Assembly (NCBI RefSeq): GCF_902713615.1
Contig: NC_052147.1
Location: forward strand, 254,420,886-254,484,885
Source: Scyliorhinus canicula
Taxonomy: Eukaryota
DNA length: 64,000 bases
Direction of reading: 5' to 3'
Shown piece after piece: positions 11,627 to 24,803 of the stretch (the first letter of the stretch is position 1; each line of letters opens with the position of its first letter). The notes under the pieces are model-generated. The model searched no databases and had not been told where the DNA came from. It was given only the letters and a program-made list of their open reading frames with translations. The translations under genes were made by a program, and so were the position numbers.

Positions 11627-14439
11627 CAGAGTACAGCTTTAAGTCCCCCATTGATGCCTCCTTTAACTATAGTTTGACTGAGAGAAGGAATTCGCAATCT
11701 GGACAATTGTGACTGTGGTTCGTGTGTCACATCATTCCATTGTTCATCACAGGATTGACTCCTTTAATGAATGAAATACTGTTTTATTTCATCTCTGCAT
11801 TTGGATAAAAAGAGCTAGTTTATAACTATCTGTGCAATGTTACACGATGGTGAAGAATTTCTACTGAAATACAGAATAATAACTTGAGGTAGGACAAAAG
11901 GATTATTGCGCATCTATCAATTTTGTCGTTTAATGGAATGTTCTTGGATGATGTTCAATGCCAAGGTGATTTTCATTAAAAGGTCCATCTTCTTTCAGAA
12001 CTCACTCTGTAGATGAAGGCTCTAAACAGCATTCAGGGGAGGCAGGCAAAAAGTTTAAATAACCTTGTCAAACAAGCTGTACTATGCTGCTTGACTGAGC
12101 ATCCCACACATGCCTTTCCACTGTTGGTATCTCGGCTGTTGGCATTAAAAGTGACAAAAACACAGTTCAAAGATTATTACTTATTCAAATCTGCCACTTT
12201 GTGGCAAACAATGAACAATGGCCCAATCCTCCTCCCAACCCCAACAGTACAATACTTAAATCTGTTAACAGCCAGTGGCGACTATTTATCTTTCTCCTGG
12301 TGAAAAATCAAGGACAACAAATGATACCATAAGAACAGGATAACCCAAAAATTGCATTCCTTTGTGGAGGTAGAGAGATCAAGCATTGAGGGAGAAATTA
12401 GTTCCATCTCATTGACGTTATACTGGGAGATTCCAAAGGGTGGTGTGGGCACTTATCTTTCTGACTCCCAGGTATGTCCCAATTGTAGCTTAAGGGACAT
12501 GTATGATGGCCAAACTTTGAATCACAATGGAAATACCACCAGTAGGCTTACCAGATCTTAAATCTACAGAATGGAGGCATTGGTGCCATTCTGAACTGTC
12601 TTTCAGTTTGCCCACTAGAATTGAGGCTAAATAAGGCAGAGAAAGAAAATATTTGAGATGTACACTTAATTAGTGTTGGAGCTTTGTTGCACAATAGAGC
12701 AAATCATAAAGACATGGGACTAGTTCACTGTGCTGTGGTAGGGTTACCCTACAATAATGGAGGTGTTTACTTCTCACCTTCATTTCCAATTGCTTTGAGT
12801 ATGAAGTGAACATATTTTAAATGTTGCAGGAAAGTTCAATAAAAATTGATTCATGTTCCTCCACGGGTTGTATCTTTAGGGATATGAAGGATAAATTAAA
12901 GAAAAAAAAATCAGGTTAATCAGCCACCTAGTTAGAATAAAATGGCTGCCCGGTCAACATCATTGTTCCTTATCTTAATCTGAATGACCTTCACGTTGAG
13001 AGTCTTGTTCCATTTCCTAATTATTGTGGATCACAGTACTAGATGTACTCTGATTTATCACTAACAGCTCAGACAAAGCCCTCCATATGACAAAATGTGA
13101 CCATTTGATCCGTATGTTATTGTGGGTGATCTATGGATCCAGTTACCATCAGCCAGTCTGCTCCATGGCAGTAATGTAGAGATAGGAGGGGACAGTTGAG
13201 GACTATGGACAAAATGAGGCCTTACGTACTGCCACCGTAATCTCTGTGCATTGCTGGCTGGTAGCATCCAGCAATTGAAGCGTTAATGAACAGAACCAAA
13301 TCAAACAGCAAGCAATGGACTGACTGCCGCAGCACATGAGAAGTCTACCGTTTCCCCGGCCGAGGATAATGAGTCATCAGAATCAGTACAGGAAAGTGAA
13401 GTTGTGCAACCTTGACCAGTTTGTGTCATACATCAGTGGAATTTTTAGAAGGTAACAGTTTGTGTTCTTGTGCTGCGGTTCTTGATTGCACACACCTGTT
13501 GGACTGGAGAGATTTTGCAATAAAAGGGAAGCAGTGTTTTTTTTTCCCTGAGTGCTGCAGAAAAGCTAAACCGCAGCAGACCCAGCAGTTAACCGGCATC
13601 AAAATGTTACATAACAGTAAATAGCGTTTAGCCATTTCAAACAATGTTACTGTATGACCAGGTAATTTCGGTACTGATTTCGACCAGTTATTTTAGAAGT
13701 GTCAGTGGAGTCAGGTAGCACTTTAATAGAAAACACTTCCCTTAAAAAAGTTTAATTATTATTGGAAAAGCAAAATTGTGCATTTGTAGCTGGGTGTCTA
13801 ATGAGCCTGGCCAGGATTATCTTGCTGGTTTCAGTCTCTCAAAAAATTCCCAGTCCTGCACAATCTCAGTGTTACTTCCACTAGCTTCTTCACAAATGAC
13901 ATGGCGCTCATTAAATGTCGCAATTTTCAAATTTACAACTTGCGTGACACCAACGTCAAATTTCCTTTCTGTAAGAAAGGGCTTTGTTTATGATAATACC
14001 ACAGGACGGTTATTTACATTCCTATGTGCGCAACCTGTGCAATTTCCCGAGTGATGGAAGAACAAAATTGCTATCATGCTTTGTTCAAATGTGTAATCAA
14101 GTCTGGACAGTAGATTATTGATTATACTGTACCTTGTCTTCAGCATCTCATATGATTGCCATCACTGTTCCATTGCCCTTATGTCACATTTATAGACTTA
14201 TTATTCCAGTCTAATTATTCAAGCAAATAGCATACTGTGGTACTTAACAATTGCCCATCGGGTTAGATTTGAGATAGAATTAATATTCATATTGCCCCTT
14301 GCATTGATCGTACCTAAACCCCTCATCATCTCGGAATGTGTACAGTACAGGCTTTCTCTGCTTCGGAAGGGGCAAAAAGGAAGGAGTGGTATTTTAGGAA
14401 AATTAACGTCAAAGAATGGTTCATTTTCCTGTAATATTT

Positions 14440-14942
14440 GAATTCTCTCTTGATTGGTTTCCTCCTTGCATCCTCCATAAATGCGAGCCGATCCAAAACT
14501 GCTGTGCGAGTCCGAACTTGCACCAAATTGCATTCCTTCATCACCCTCTTGTATTCTCTTCTCTCTGCCCAGAAAGGCCTTGATTTTAAATTTCTTCTCC
14601 TTGTTTTCACAATGCTTCATGGCCTTGCCCCTCCCTATCTCTGCACCCTCCTCAGGCTCTACAACCATTTCCACGCTCCTCCAATTTTGGCTTCTTGTGC
14701 GCCCTCGATTTTCTTCACTCACAGTCACGCCTTCAGGAGCTAAATCTCTGGAAATTCCCTTCCTAAACTGTTTTACCTCACTCTCTTCTTTCAAGGCACC
14801 TTAAAACTAGCTTTCTGGCCGCTTGTGCTAATTTGTTCTTTATGTCGCTCGGTGCGAAATTTTGTTTGATAACATTCTTCTGAAATGGCTTGGGAAGTTT
14901 TACTGTGTTAAATAGGCCATATCAGTGTAAAGTGTTGTTGTT
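14440..14942 (+). mobile_element. L2 LINE 3' fragment
   Basis: Translation LDFKFLLLVFTMLHGLAPPYL matches the L2 ORF2 C-terminal motif. Ends in (TTG)n. Confidence 0.75.
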
Positions 14943-15514
14943 AACTGAAGGTCTGCAATGTTTAGCCTCTATGTATACAATACTTTTTTTGGCTGCATTG
15001 ATGACTTAGGGAGAGATTTATGCACCAGGTGAACATTTCTTTCCATTTAATTATTGGATAGGGATGGTTGAATGTTTCATTCACAATTCATATCTAATTT
15101 GTGTCATGTTTATTTAACCCTCACTATTGTGTAAAACAAAATAAGTTAACTTGTTTTACTTCTGTCAAACTTGAGAGGCTCCTAATACCCAGCATGCCCG
15201 TCAATCTGAATCCTCTAACTGAATCCAGACTGGTAAGTCTGCCTGGAATCAGCAAGGTAAAAATTAATTTAAAGCTGTTGAAAACTATTTGAACAAAATG
15301 CATTGTGTGAAGGGAATAACGATCAGGAAATGATAGTTAATGCAAAATCAACCAAAAGGGTGACAGGAACCAATAATGTACTCAGAAATAACCATAACAC
15401 ACTGACGCCTCAATTTGTATCTGATAGAGAATTAAATCAAGTGCATATTTTCACTCTTTGTGAAGGTTCTATTTCCGTCAAATATGCACCTAGTCCATTT
15501 GGTATGAACATTTA

Positions 15515-16200
15515 AAAAAATATTTTACGAACGTTTTAAATTTTCACACTGTACATTCATTAAAGATAGACAAGACGGTTACAATTTACAAGTTGTTATT
15601 TATCGGTATCACCCCCCCTCCTTTCCTCCCCCCTTCCTTGCCCCCGCCCCCCCTCCCCAGCCCCACCTTCCGGCTTCCCCCTTAACCTCTCTTCCTTTGC
15701 TGTTTCACGGCCTTTTCCTTGGCCATTTACTTCACTTGGTGGATGTTCGGTGTTTATCTGTGGACAGTGCCCTCCTTCTCCTCCCGCCCTGTCCCCTGTC
15801 ACTTGGCCTTCCCTCCCTTCTTCTCTCCTCTTCCCATCCTGTTGTCAGCCTGCTTTTGAGGGTTCTCTTTCGTGTGGCCTTGTGTTGGGCCTTCTGATCC
15901 CTGTGTCGGCCACTTTCTGGCCTCCTCCTTATTGTTTCCTCTGATCTTTCCACCCCTTGTCCCCCCCCCCCTCCCATTTCTGTCTGCTCTCTGTGGTCCC
16001 TGTGGCTCCTGCGCCCCCCCCCCCCCACCCCTCCCCCTGCTCTATCAATTGTTGGCTTCAAACAGGTCTTGGAACAAGTTGGCGAATAGCCCCCATGCTT
16101 TATGTAAGCCATCTTCTGACCCTCGGAGTGTGAACTTAATCCTCTCCAGGTGGAGAAATTCCGATACCTATGCCAGCCAGTCTGCAGCTGTGGCCATTTG
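15515..16200 (-). mobile_element. L1/Tx1-clade 3' end fragment
   Basis: 16040-16200 is similar to 8755-8900 (the last ORF2 codons). It is followed on the minus strand by a G-rich 3' UTR. Confidence 0.75.
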
Positions 16201-16202
16201 GT

Positions 16203-17125
16203 ATGACCATGATCTTGAATGGCTTGTTGAGGCATGCATCTGAAGGTTGAACTGTGGATGTTACTGTATAACTGCAATATGGGTGTTATTTCTTCACAGG
16301 CATCTCGTTGGTTATATGGAATCCGAACATGTCCCACAATAATAAGCTGCATCCTTTATGTCGGCCATTGGGGTGCCTGTTTCACATAACTTCACTCCAA
16401 ACACATCCATCCAACCATTGCTGCGGGCATGCATAAAAACTCCTGCAGGGAGTTTGATCATCGGCATCGTTCCATGTTCGAAAGTTACCATAAGCTTTCA
16501 TTTTTTTCATTGTGCTTGTAGGCGAGTACCACCATGAATCTTGGTTTCTCACGTCCTGCTGCTTTCACTAGAACTGTTTTTGAATTGTTCCACTCCACAG
16601 TTTGGTTGTTGGGCATATTGAAACTCATGGCGCTTCATCCATTTTGCTGATGTGACTTTGATGGGTACTCATTTTTGCTGAGATATGATAGTGAACCACT
16701 GGAATCTGGTAATTTTGGCATTGAGGTAGTCTCTCAGCAATCTTGGTCTTCTGTCGCAACATTCGTCTATTTCAATCCATAAAGCAGCTACACCAATGAG
16801 CTGATGGTCTGAAATCTTTGTTGAACTCAGGGTTTGGTTTGGCATATTTCAGTACAGAAATTAACATTGTATTTCTGGTGATGTTGTAACAGTTCCGACG
16901 GTTTTGGAGGGCCATTCCGATAAATGTTTCTCAAGATGAGGTCTGGTCCCTGGTCTGATTTGGGCATCTTCTACAGGACACATTCCTTCTTCTTTCATTC
17001 CTCCACCAGTTTCTCCGCGAACACTGAATTCTTTCTCTGCAACGCAATTATTTGATGAGAGAGCGAATGTTATGACTTTTAGCTTGAAAGCAGCTTCGAA
17101 TTTCATTCTTTTTGCTGGCTGGCCT
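16203..17125 (-). pseudogene. Decayed pogo-superfamily (POGK-like) DDE transposase
   Basis: Brinker-type DBD FEAAFKLKVITFALSSNNCVAEKEFSV. Reading across frameshifts gives catalytic motifs in order: KMDEAP/MSFNMPNNQTV..KTVLVKAAGREKPRFMVVLA, NGWMD, LLLWDMFGFH, VQPSDACLNKPFK. Confidence 0.85.
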
Positions 17126-17428
17126 ATTCCTGTTCATCATTCACCATGCCATGCGTAATTTGCTCTGTGTGGATTTGTCTTAAAATCCCGCACATTATTT
17201 TTGCAACACAACCCATACTGCCTGCTTGATCCCATGCACCAACTTACAGTATAAGGCAAGTAGAACATGCATCTCTTGGATAAATAAGTTGAAGCTGACT
17301 ATTAATGCCAGTATAACATTTGGTATCTTCCTTATCACTGAGGTTACACTGACTGGCCTGTACTTGTTTAGCGTATTGTTACATCCCTTTCAGAATAAGG
17401 AATATGTACAGCATCACAAAGATATTTT

Positions 17429-18654
17429 GGGCGGAATTCTCCCCCCCACCACACCGGGTGGGAGAATCGCGGGGGCGCCGCTCGAGTCCCACCAGGCCGC
17501 CCCGGCACCCGCACGCGATTCTCCCACCTCCCACCCCCTCAAACCGGCGCGGTGAGATTTACAGCTGGCCGCTGGGAGAATCGCCGCTCGCCGTTTGTAA
17601 TGGGCGAGTGGCGATTCTCCGGCCTGGATGGGCCGAGCGGTCTGCCCAACACGACAGGATCCCACCGGCGCCGTCCACACCTGATCTCTGCCGGCGGGAA
17701 CAGCGCGGGAACGCTGGGGGGGTGGCCTGTGGGGGGGGGGAGGGAGGGGGGATCCAGCACCGGGAGGGCGGTCAAAAGGGGTCTGGTCCGCGATCGGTGC
17801 CCATCGATCGGCGGGCCGGCCTCTCTGAAGGAGGACCTCCTTTCCTCCGCCTCCCCGCAAGATCACTCCGAAATTTGTTGCAGGGCGCCCGCAGGGAGGA
17901 CGGCAACCGCGCCTCCGACGCCGGAGTGAAACACTCCGGCATCGGGACTTTTAGGGCGCGATTCTCTGCTGCCGGGAAAAATCGTGAAGGCCGTCGTGAA
18001 CTCGGCCGAGTTTCACGACGGCCTCAGAGCCCGCTCCTCTCACCGAATCACCCCCACCCGGGGTGCTAGGAGCGGCGCTCCGTTATTCTCGGCCGCCGGG
18101 CCTTGACGCTTGCGCCAAGAATGACGCGACGGCGGCGCCTATGTGACGTCAGCCGCGCATGCGCAGGTTGGCCGGTCCAACCCGCGCATGCGCGGCTGAC
18201 GTCCCAACGGCTGACAGCTCGAACCCGCGCATGCGCGGTGGCTGTCTTTCCCCTCAGCCGTCCCGCAAGACGTGGCAGCTTGATCTTGCGGTGCGGCGGA
18301 GGGGAAATAGTGCGTCCGATTGAGACGCCGGCCCGACGATCGGTGGGCACCGATCGCGGGCCTCTCCCCTCCCGAGCACAGTCGTGGTGCTCATTCCCCA
18401 CCAGGCCCCCTACAAGCCCCAAAACGGTCATCTCATGCCGATTTCACGACGGTAGCGACCAGGTGCGGTTCCCGCCACCGTGCGTGAAACGGTCGCGAAC
18501 GGCAGGCCGCTCGGCCCATCCGGGTCGGAGAATCGCGCGAGTGGCGATTCTTCCAAGGGGGGGGTGGGAGAATCGCGGGGGGCGCCAGGGGGTCGTGAGA
18601 TTAGTCGGGGGACGAGAATCGCGCCCCAAGTCTCCCGATGGGAGAATCGCGCCC
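17429..18654. mobile_element. GC-rich MITE containing a nested related MITE (17954-18626)
   Basis: Outer ends GGGCGGAATTCTC / GAGAATCGCGCCC. Inner ends GGGCGCGATTCTC / GAGAATCGCGCCC, splitting the subterminal motif GGGACTT|AGTCTCC that is intact (reverse orientation) in the 44117 copy. Confidence 0.8.
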
Positions 18655-18732
18655 AACATTCGTGACAGTGGATTACCGGTGAACACACTATAGGAAAGAT
18701 GTCAAGCATTCAGTACACGTGATTTTAAATAG

Positions 18733-20139
18733 TGTTGTCTATAAAATTTCTCAGAGAGTTCGATCAGTTTATTATTCAAACACTTTACCCCAGATGCCGT
18801 TATTAGCGAAGTGACCAAAGGACAAGTACAAATTGACAATGAGACCAAATTTATTATCAAACAGAGTAAAAACAGTTACTCCAATTAAATTATCTGAACT
18901 ACAATAATACCAAGGGGCGGAATTCTCCAACCCCCGGGGGAGAATCGCCCACGGCCGGCGTAAATCCCGCCCCCGCCCTGGCTGGAATTCTCTGCAACCC
19001 GGGAATCGGCGGGGGCGGGAATCGCGCCGCGCCGGTTGGCGGGCCCCACGCAGTGATTCTCCGGCCTGTGATGGGCCGAAGTCCCGCTGCTATCAGGCCT
19101 CTCCTGCTGACGTGTTTTAAACCACCTCTGGTGCCGGTGGGAGCAGGCAGGCCCCGGGGTCCTGGGGGGGGGGGGGGGGGGGGAGATCTGACCCCGGGGG
19201 GTGCCCCACGGTGGCCTGGCCTGCGATCGGGTCCCACCAATCGGCAGGCGGGCCTGTGTCGTGGGGGCACTCTTTTTCTTCCACCGCCGCCACGGCCTCC
19301 ACCATGGCAGAGGCGGAAGAGACCCCCTCCACCGCGCATGGGCCGGTGCAACGTCAGCGGCCGCTGATGCTCCGGCGCATGTGCGGACTCACGATGACCG
19401 GCGAAGGCCTTTTGGCCAGCCGTGGCGCCAGTCGGCGGAGCGTGAAAGGCCGTTCACGTCGGTCAGTGGGGCGCCAACCACTCCGGCGGGGGCCTAGCCC
19501 CTAAAGGTACGGAGAATTCCGCACCTTTGGGGAGGCCCGACGCCGGAGTGGTTCTCGCCACTCCAGTATGCCAGGACCTGTTGTCTCAAGCCTCCATCTG
19601 CAAAAGTGTATCTCACACCCTGCTTCTTTCTATCCTCTGCTCCACCGTCGAATCTTCTCTTTTGCCTCTGTGCTGAGTCTTCTCCGGGTAGGGTCCTGGT
19701 GGTCGATTCTTATACCTCTCTTCGCACCTCTCCATAAAGTTCCCTAGCCCTCAGCTCCTCAAGGCAGGGATCGCAACACCCAATGGAGTTGCCGATTGAA
19801 ATTCTGCAGTTCACCAGAAACCCACGCCCAGGGGCACCATCTCCAGGCATATTATCCGCATGTGACCTTACTCCATAAATGGGAACAAAACTTAGGTGCC
19901 AGAAAGTCAATCCATTTGACTGGGATCCATTATACCCTGATGTCCTGTTTACAGGGAAGGCCCAGACTTGTCCCGACTGTCTGTCCCTGCTCAGTGCATT
20001 CAAGCTTGGCTGTTCAAATTCCCATCAGACCTGCCCATCAGTGCTGACCGTGGCTGTGGTTTAAAATGTTCAATTCTTAATTTAAAGTGTCCAGTTGCAT
20101 CTCGCGCCTAAAATTCAGGCCATTTCCCGTTTTACCACA
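18733..20139 (-). mobile_element. Probable solo LTR, interrupted by a MITE
   Basis: TGTTGT...ACCACA termini with ATAG on both sides (18729-18732 and 20140-20143). Minus-strand AATAAA at about 18850. Confidence 0.45.
18915..19578. mobile_element. GC-rich MITE, one end apparently truncated
   Basis: Starts GGGCGGAATTCTC, with repeated GAGAATCGC/GATTCTCC motifs. Internal hairpin CTAAAGGTACGGA..TCCGCACCTTTGG at about 19501-19530. Confidence 0.7.
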
Positions 20140-22127
20140 ATAGTTTACATGTGCTGTGATGGGTACAATGGCATATTTACAAATTCACTATGCATAGTAC
20201 ATATAGGGAGAGATTTCTCAACCCTTCTCGCCAGTGAGTTCTTCCCGTACCGCTGATGGCAAACTCTTGCTGTGGGAAACCTGCAGCATGGAGTGGATGC
20301 AATGGGAAATCCCATTGACACTGGCAGGACTAGGTAAACCCCCTGCTGGCCAACGGCAGGCCAAGAAACATGCCGCGGGGGCACGTGGAAACCCCCCACC
20401 CCCAACCATAACCTTTACCCTGTCACCACCCACACTCCTACCACACCCAGAACTGCTTCCTGCACATTTAATTAATACGTAACATTTAAAAAAATTTATC
20501 TGTAGGCACAGCAAACTCCTGCACACCAGAACCATGAACATTTGCTGATGAACATCAATCAGTGTATATCACAACCTTTCAATGTAAACCAAGACATTTA
20601 TGTCAAGATCTGGTTATAGTTGTCTTGTAGCTAATTTACAACCTTCAGTCATGCTGAGCAATTCTATAATACCGTGACTTAGTTTAGATAACGTGACTGC
20701 GTAGGAACGAAAAGTAATAATAACGCTGCATAGTTTCTGAATGTTCAGGACTGGGGTTACATGGAACATGTCAGAAAAGTTAAACATGTTGATATGCAAT
20801 ACATCCAATCAGACAATTAATCATGGACGTTGCTTGCGACATACTTTTAATGTTGCTTCACCTAAATGAATGAGAAAGATGAGTCAAGGCTGATGGGAAA
20901 GCAATTGTGTAAACTGAGCTAAAACGCACTTTTCAGTTTCAACATAAAATAACTAACAGGTCGACATCTACTGATGTAGTGGAGTTTTGTTATGATGATT
21001 AAGTGAGTGACACATTTTGCAGAAGACTCCAGTTTATTTTGTACTGTGGCAAACTACATGCAAATCCTTGTGAAAGTAGAGAAGGCGTTGGGAGGGGATA
21101 AACAGAGTTTGGCAATGACATAGCACCGAGGCTAATCGTGTTCAGTTATATGCAAAAAGCACAATTTCTGGAGCTGAAAAGATGGGGTCATCTCACATGC
21201 TGGACTGACTTATACAACACGATCTAAGGAATTATTTTTTTCCTGCATTATTATTTCTAAAAGCTTCCTTACCACTGAGGTTAAACTGGCTGGCCTGTAG
21301 TCCGCTGGAAGATCTCACTGGCGAGGACGGTCGGAAAATTGCTCCCTACATGCATTACGTGTAATGAATTTATAAAAGCATTTACCATAGTACATGGAGT
21401 TATATTCCACCACAACACATGTAAACTATTTAAAAGCAAGTGTATTGAATGCTTAACATCTTTTCTATAGTATATTCACCAGTAATCCGCTGTCAGGAAT
21501 CAAATGTCTTTAGTATCTGCTATGTGATGCTGTACATATTGACCTCATCGTTAGGCTTATGTTCCTTGTTCAAATATATTAAATTATAATGGTTCATTAG
21601 ATTGCCCACCTGCTCTGACAATGCTACTTCATTCATTATGCATTTACAAATGATAGGTTTGATAAAAATCATGGATAAAAGTGAGACTGTAGCAATGATT
21701 CTTTCTCTGCCAACCTGGCAGAAAATGAGACCTGCTTTTTAATGGCTTGTTTCATTCCTGTTGTCATCAATTTTAAACTATTTGTCTGAGCAGACAATGA
21801 GGACACTTAGTGAAGCCACTGCCACCCCTCTTTAAATATGCAGATCAAGGCCTGATTATGTGAAATTTTGATTACTAAATTATGAATTGATAAATTGTCA
21901 GATATCTTGAATTTTGGCAGGCAGTCAATCCTGTGAAGTGCTTTGGAGCGTTTTACATTTGAGGTGCCATGTAAATTCAGGTTGGTGTAGGTGGTGGCCC
22001 AAGTGGAGAAATTGTTGAGGTTTCCACATCAAAAGAAACAAGCGGGAAGAGGGACAGGATTATAAGACGTCTAAACAAGGAAGTTTCTAAGCATTTTCTT
22101 TCACTATGTCAATTGGGGTGGCAGGAG

Positions 22128-22615
22128 AGGGCGGCAGTGGCACTGTGTTTAGCACTGCTGCCTCACAGCGCCAGGGGGCCGGGTTTGTTTCTGACCTTGG
22201 CTGACTGTGTAGAGTTTGCACTTTTCCCCACGTCTGCGTGGGTTTCCTCCAGGTGCTCAGGTTTCCATCCACGGTGCAAAGATGTGCACGCTAGGTGGAT
22301 TGGCCGTACTAAATTGCCCCTTAGTGTCCGAAGTTTAGTTGGGGTTGGTGGGAAGTGGGCCTAATAGGATGCTCTTTCATAAGATCGATGCAGACTCGAT
22401 GGGCTGAATGGCCTCCTTCTACCAATGCTGTGCAGGTTAGGTGGATTTGCCATGCAAAATTGCCCTTAAGTGTCCAAAAAGGTTAGGTGGGGTTATGGGG
22501 ATAGGATGTGGGTTTAAATGGGGTGCTCTTTCCAAGGGCCAGTGCAGACCCGATGGGCCGAATAGCCTCCTCCTGCACTGTAAATTCTATTATTCTACAC
22601 TGTAAGGATTCTATT
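22128..22615 (+). mobile_element. HE1-like SINE with duplicated 3' portion
   Basis: Head and V-domain, then two successive HE1 tails. Confidence 0.8.
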
Positions 22616-23344
22616 CAATTCAATGAAATAAAGAGAGCAGGTATGTTCCTCCAGGACCCACAAGGGAATGTAAACCTCCCTGCCTCCCGTTCCCAATCAG
22701 ATGAGCTTCCAGAAACCCCAACCGTGACATTCTGGATAGGCAACTGACTGGGAGGAAGCAGATAAGCCTCACAAGTCTAGTTCTTCAGAGCTTCATGTTA
22801 TTGAGGTCAAGGGGTGTGATTTGTTGATCAACTTGTCTCCCATCCACCCAATTTTTCCTGAGTTAAAATCGGGCTTTATGTTTTTTTAAACGAATGGAAA
22901 GGAATATATTTTGCTTGTTAAATTTGTGTTCAAAATACTAGATTCACATGTCCCTTTTACTGGAGAAGATATTTTAAGTTTTTAATTTGTGCATGTCACT
23001 GAACTGCGTCTTGCTTTTGGAAAAATTAGGTAGACAGGATGTGCAACTGCCCATTTTTGCCCTTTCTCAAAATGTGGACCCAACCCAGCAAATAGAATAG
23101 GAGATATTACTTTGCAATGAATTTGGGCAGAAATGGCTTCCACCCTGTTGAGTGAATGGTACAACCATAACTCCAGCAGTACCAATTTAATGAAAGTGCA
23201 GTTCCTTTAAATGAAGAAAGTGCAGTGCAGATGGGAATTATAGAGGAAGACTTGTCATTTTTACTCAAGCAAGTGGTGATGATGATGGTAATCTTCATGA
23301 AATCAGGATGTAGATTAATTGTGTAAAGTTAACGCAACAAATTT

Positions 23345-23457
23345 AAGGTTTGAGCCACACTTCAGAGATTAGAGCATAGAACCTAGGGTAACACCGAGGA
23401 GTGTGGCAGTGTCAGAAATGCATCTCTCAAATGAGACATTAAATTGAGAGTATGTCT
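23345..23457 (+). mobile_element. Deu-SINE (SacSINE1/AmnSINE1-like), 5' half
   Basis: Matches the recalled Deu-SINE 5' part (..CAGAGATTAGAGCATAGAACCTAGG..ATGAGACATTAAATTGAG). It continues at 27541. Confidence 0.6.
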
Positions 23458-24479
23458 ATTTTTTATTTGTTTACGGGATGTTGGCATTGCAGGCTAGACC
23501 ATCATTTATTGTGCATCCAAAGTTGCTCTTGAGACAGTGGTGGTGAGCAGCCGTGTCTGGATTGATTGGTTGTTGAAGAGTAGAAATCAAGCGGGCTGCT
23601 TTGTCCTAGATGGTGTCAAGTCATTGAGTCTTGGAAAAAAAAATTAATTGGGTACTCTAAATCTATTTAAAAAAAGTCTCCTGAGTGTTTTTGGAGCGGC
23701 ACTCATCCAGACATGTGGAGAGTATTCCATTGCACTTCTGATTTGTGCCTTACAGGTGGTAGGCAGGCTTTGGGGAGTCAGGAGGTGAGTTACTCACCGC
23801 AGGATTCCTAGCCTTCTTGAACCGCTACAGTTCCTGAGCACCCACATCATCCACAGCGCTGGTAGAAAGGGAGTTCCAGGATCTTGACCAAGCGACAGTG
23901 AAGGGATGCAATATATTTACAAGTCGGAGTGGTGAGTGACTTTGAGGGGAACCTCCAGGTGGTGAGGTATCTGCTGCTCTTGTCCTTCTAGATGGTAGTG
24001 ATTGTGGGTTTAGAAGGTGATGCCTAAGGAACCTTGGTGAGTTTCTGCAGTGCATCTTGTAGATAGTACACACGGCTGCCATCGTTCGTCGGTGGTGAAG
24101 GAGGGATTGATTGGTTGTTGAAGAGTAGAAATCAAGCGGGCTGCTTTGTCCTAGATGGTGTCAAGTCATTGAGTCTTGGAAAAAAAAATTAATTGGGTAC
24201 TCTAAATCTATTTTAAAAAAGTCTCCTGAGTGTTTTTGGAGCGGCACTCATCCAGACATGTGGAGAGTATTCCATTGCACTTCTGATTTGTGCCTTACAG
24301 GTGGTAGGCAGGCTTTGGGGAGTCAGGAGGTGAGTTACTCACCGCAGGATTCCTAGCCTTTGGCCCGATATGGCTTGTACAGTTCAGTTTCTGGCCAACA
24401 GTAACTCCCAAGGTGTTGGTAGCAGGGGATTCAGTGATGGTAATGCCATTGTATGTCAACGGTCGATGGTTTCATCAAA

Positions 24480-24803
24480 TTTCTACTGTGCAAAAGGAGG
24501 CCATTCAGTCCATCGAGTCTGCACTGACCCTCCAAAAGAGCACTTTACCGAGGCCCACTGCCCCACCCCCTATCCCGTAACCCAACTTGCACATCTTTGG
24601 ACACTAAGGGGCAATTTAGCAAGGCCAACCCATCTAATCTGCACATCTTTGAACTGTGGGTAGAACCTGGAGCAATCAGAGTAAACCCACGCAGAAACAG
24701 GGAGGGTCTATGGACTCTACACAGGCCGTCAGCCAAGGCTGAAATGAACACAGCTCCCTTGTGCTGTGAGGCAGCAGTGCTAACCATTGTGCCACCATGT
24801 CAC
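24480..24803 (-). mobile_element. HE1-like SINE
   Basis: Reverse complement of the HE1 head, V-domain and tail. Confidence 0.8.

Noticed and set aside
17226-19504. Cluster of overlapping 100-220 aa Arg/Pro/Gly-rich ORFs and CpG-island-like composition
   Set aside because: Explained by GC-rich MITEs that have few stop codons. No domain motifs, and not treated as a host promoter.
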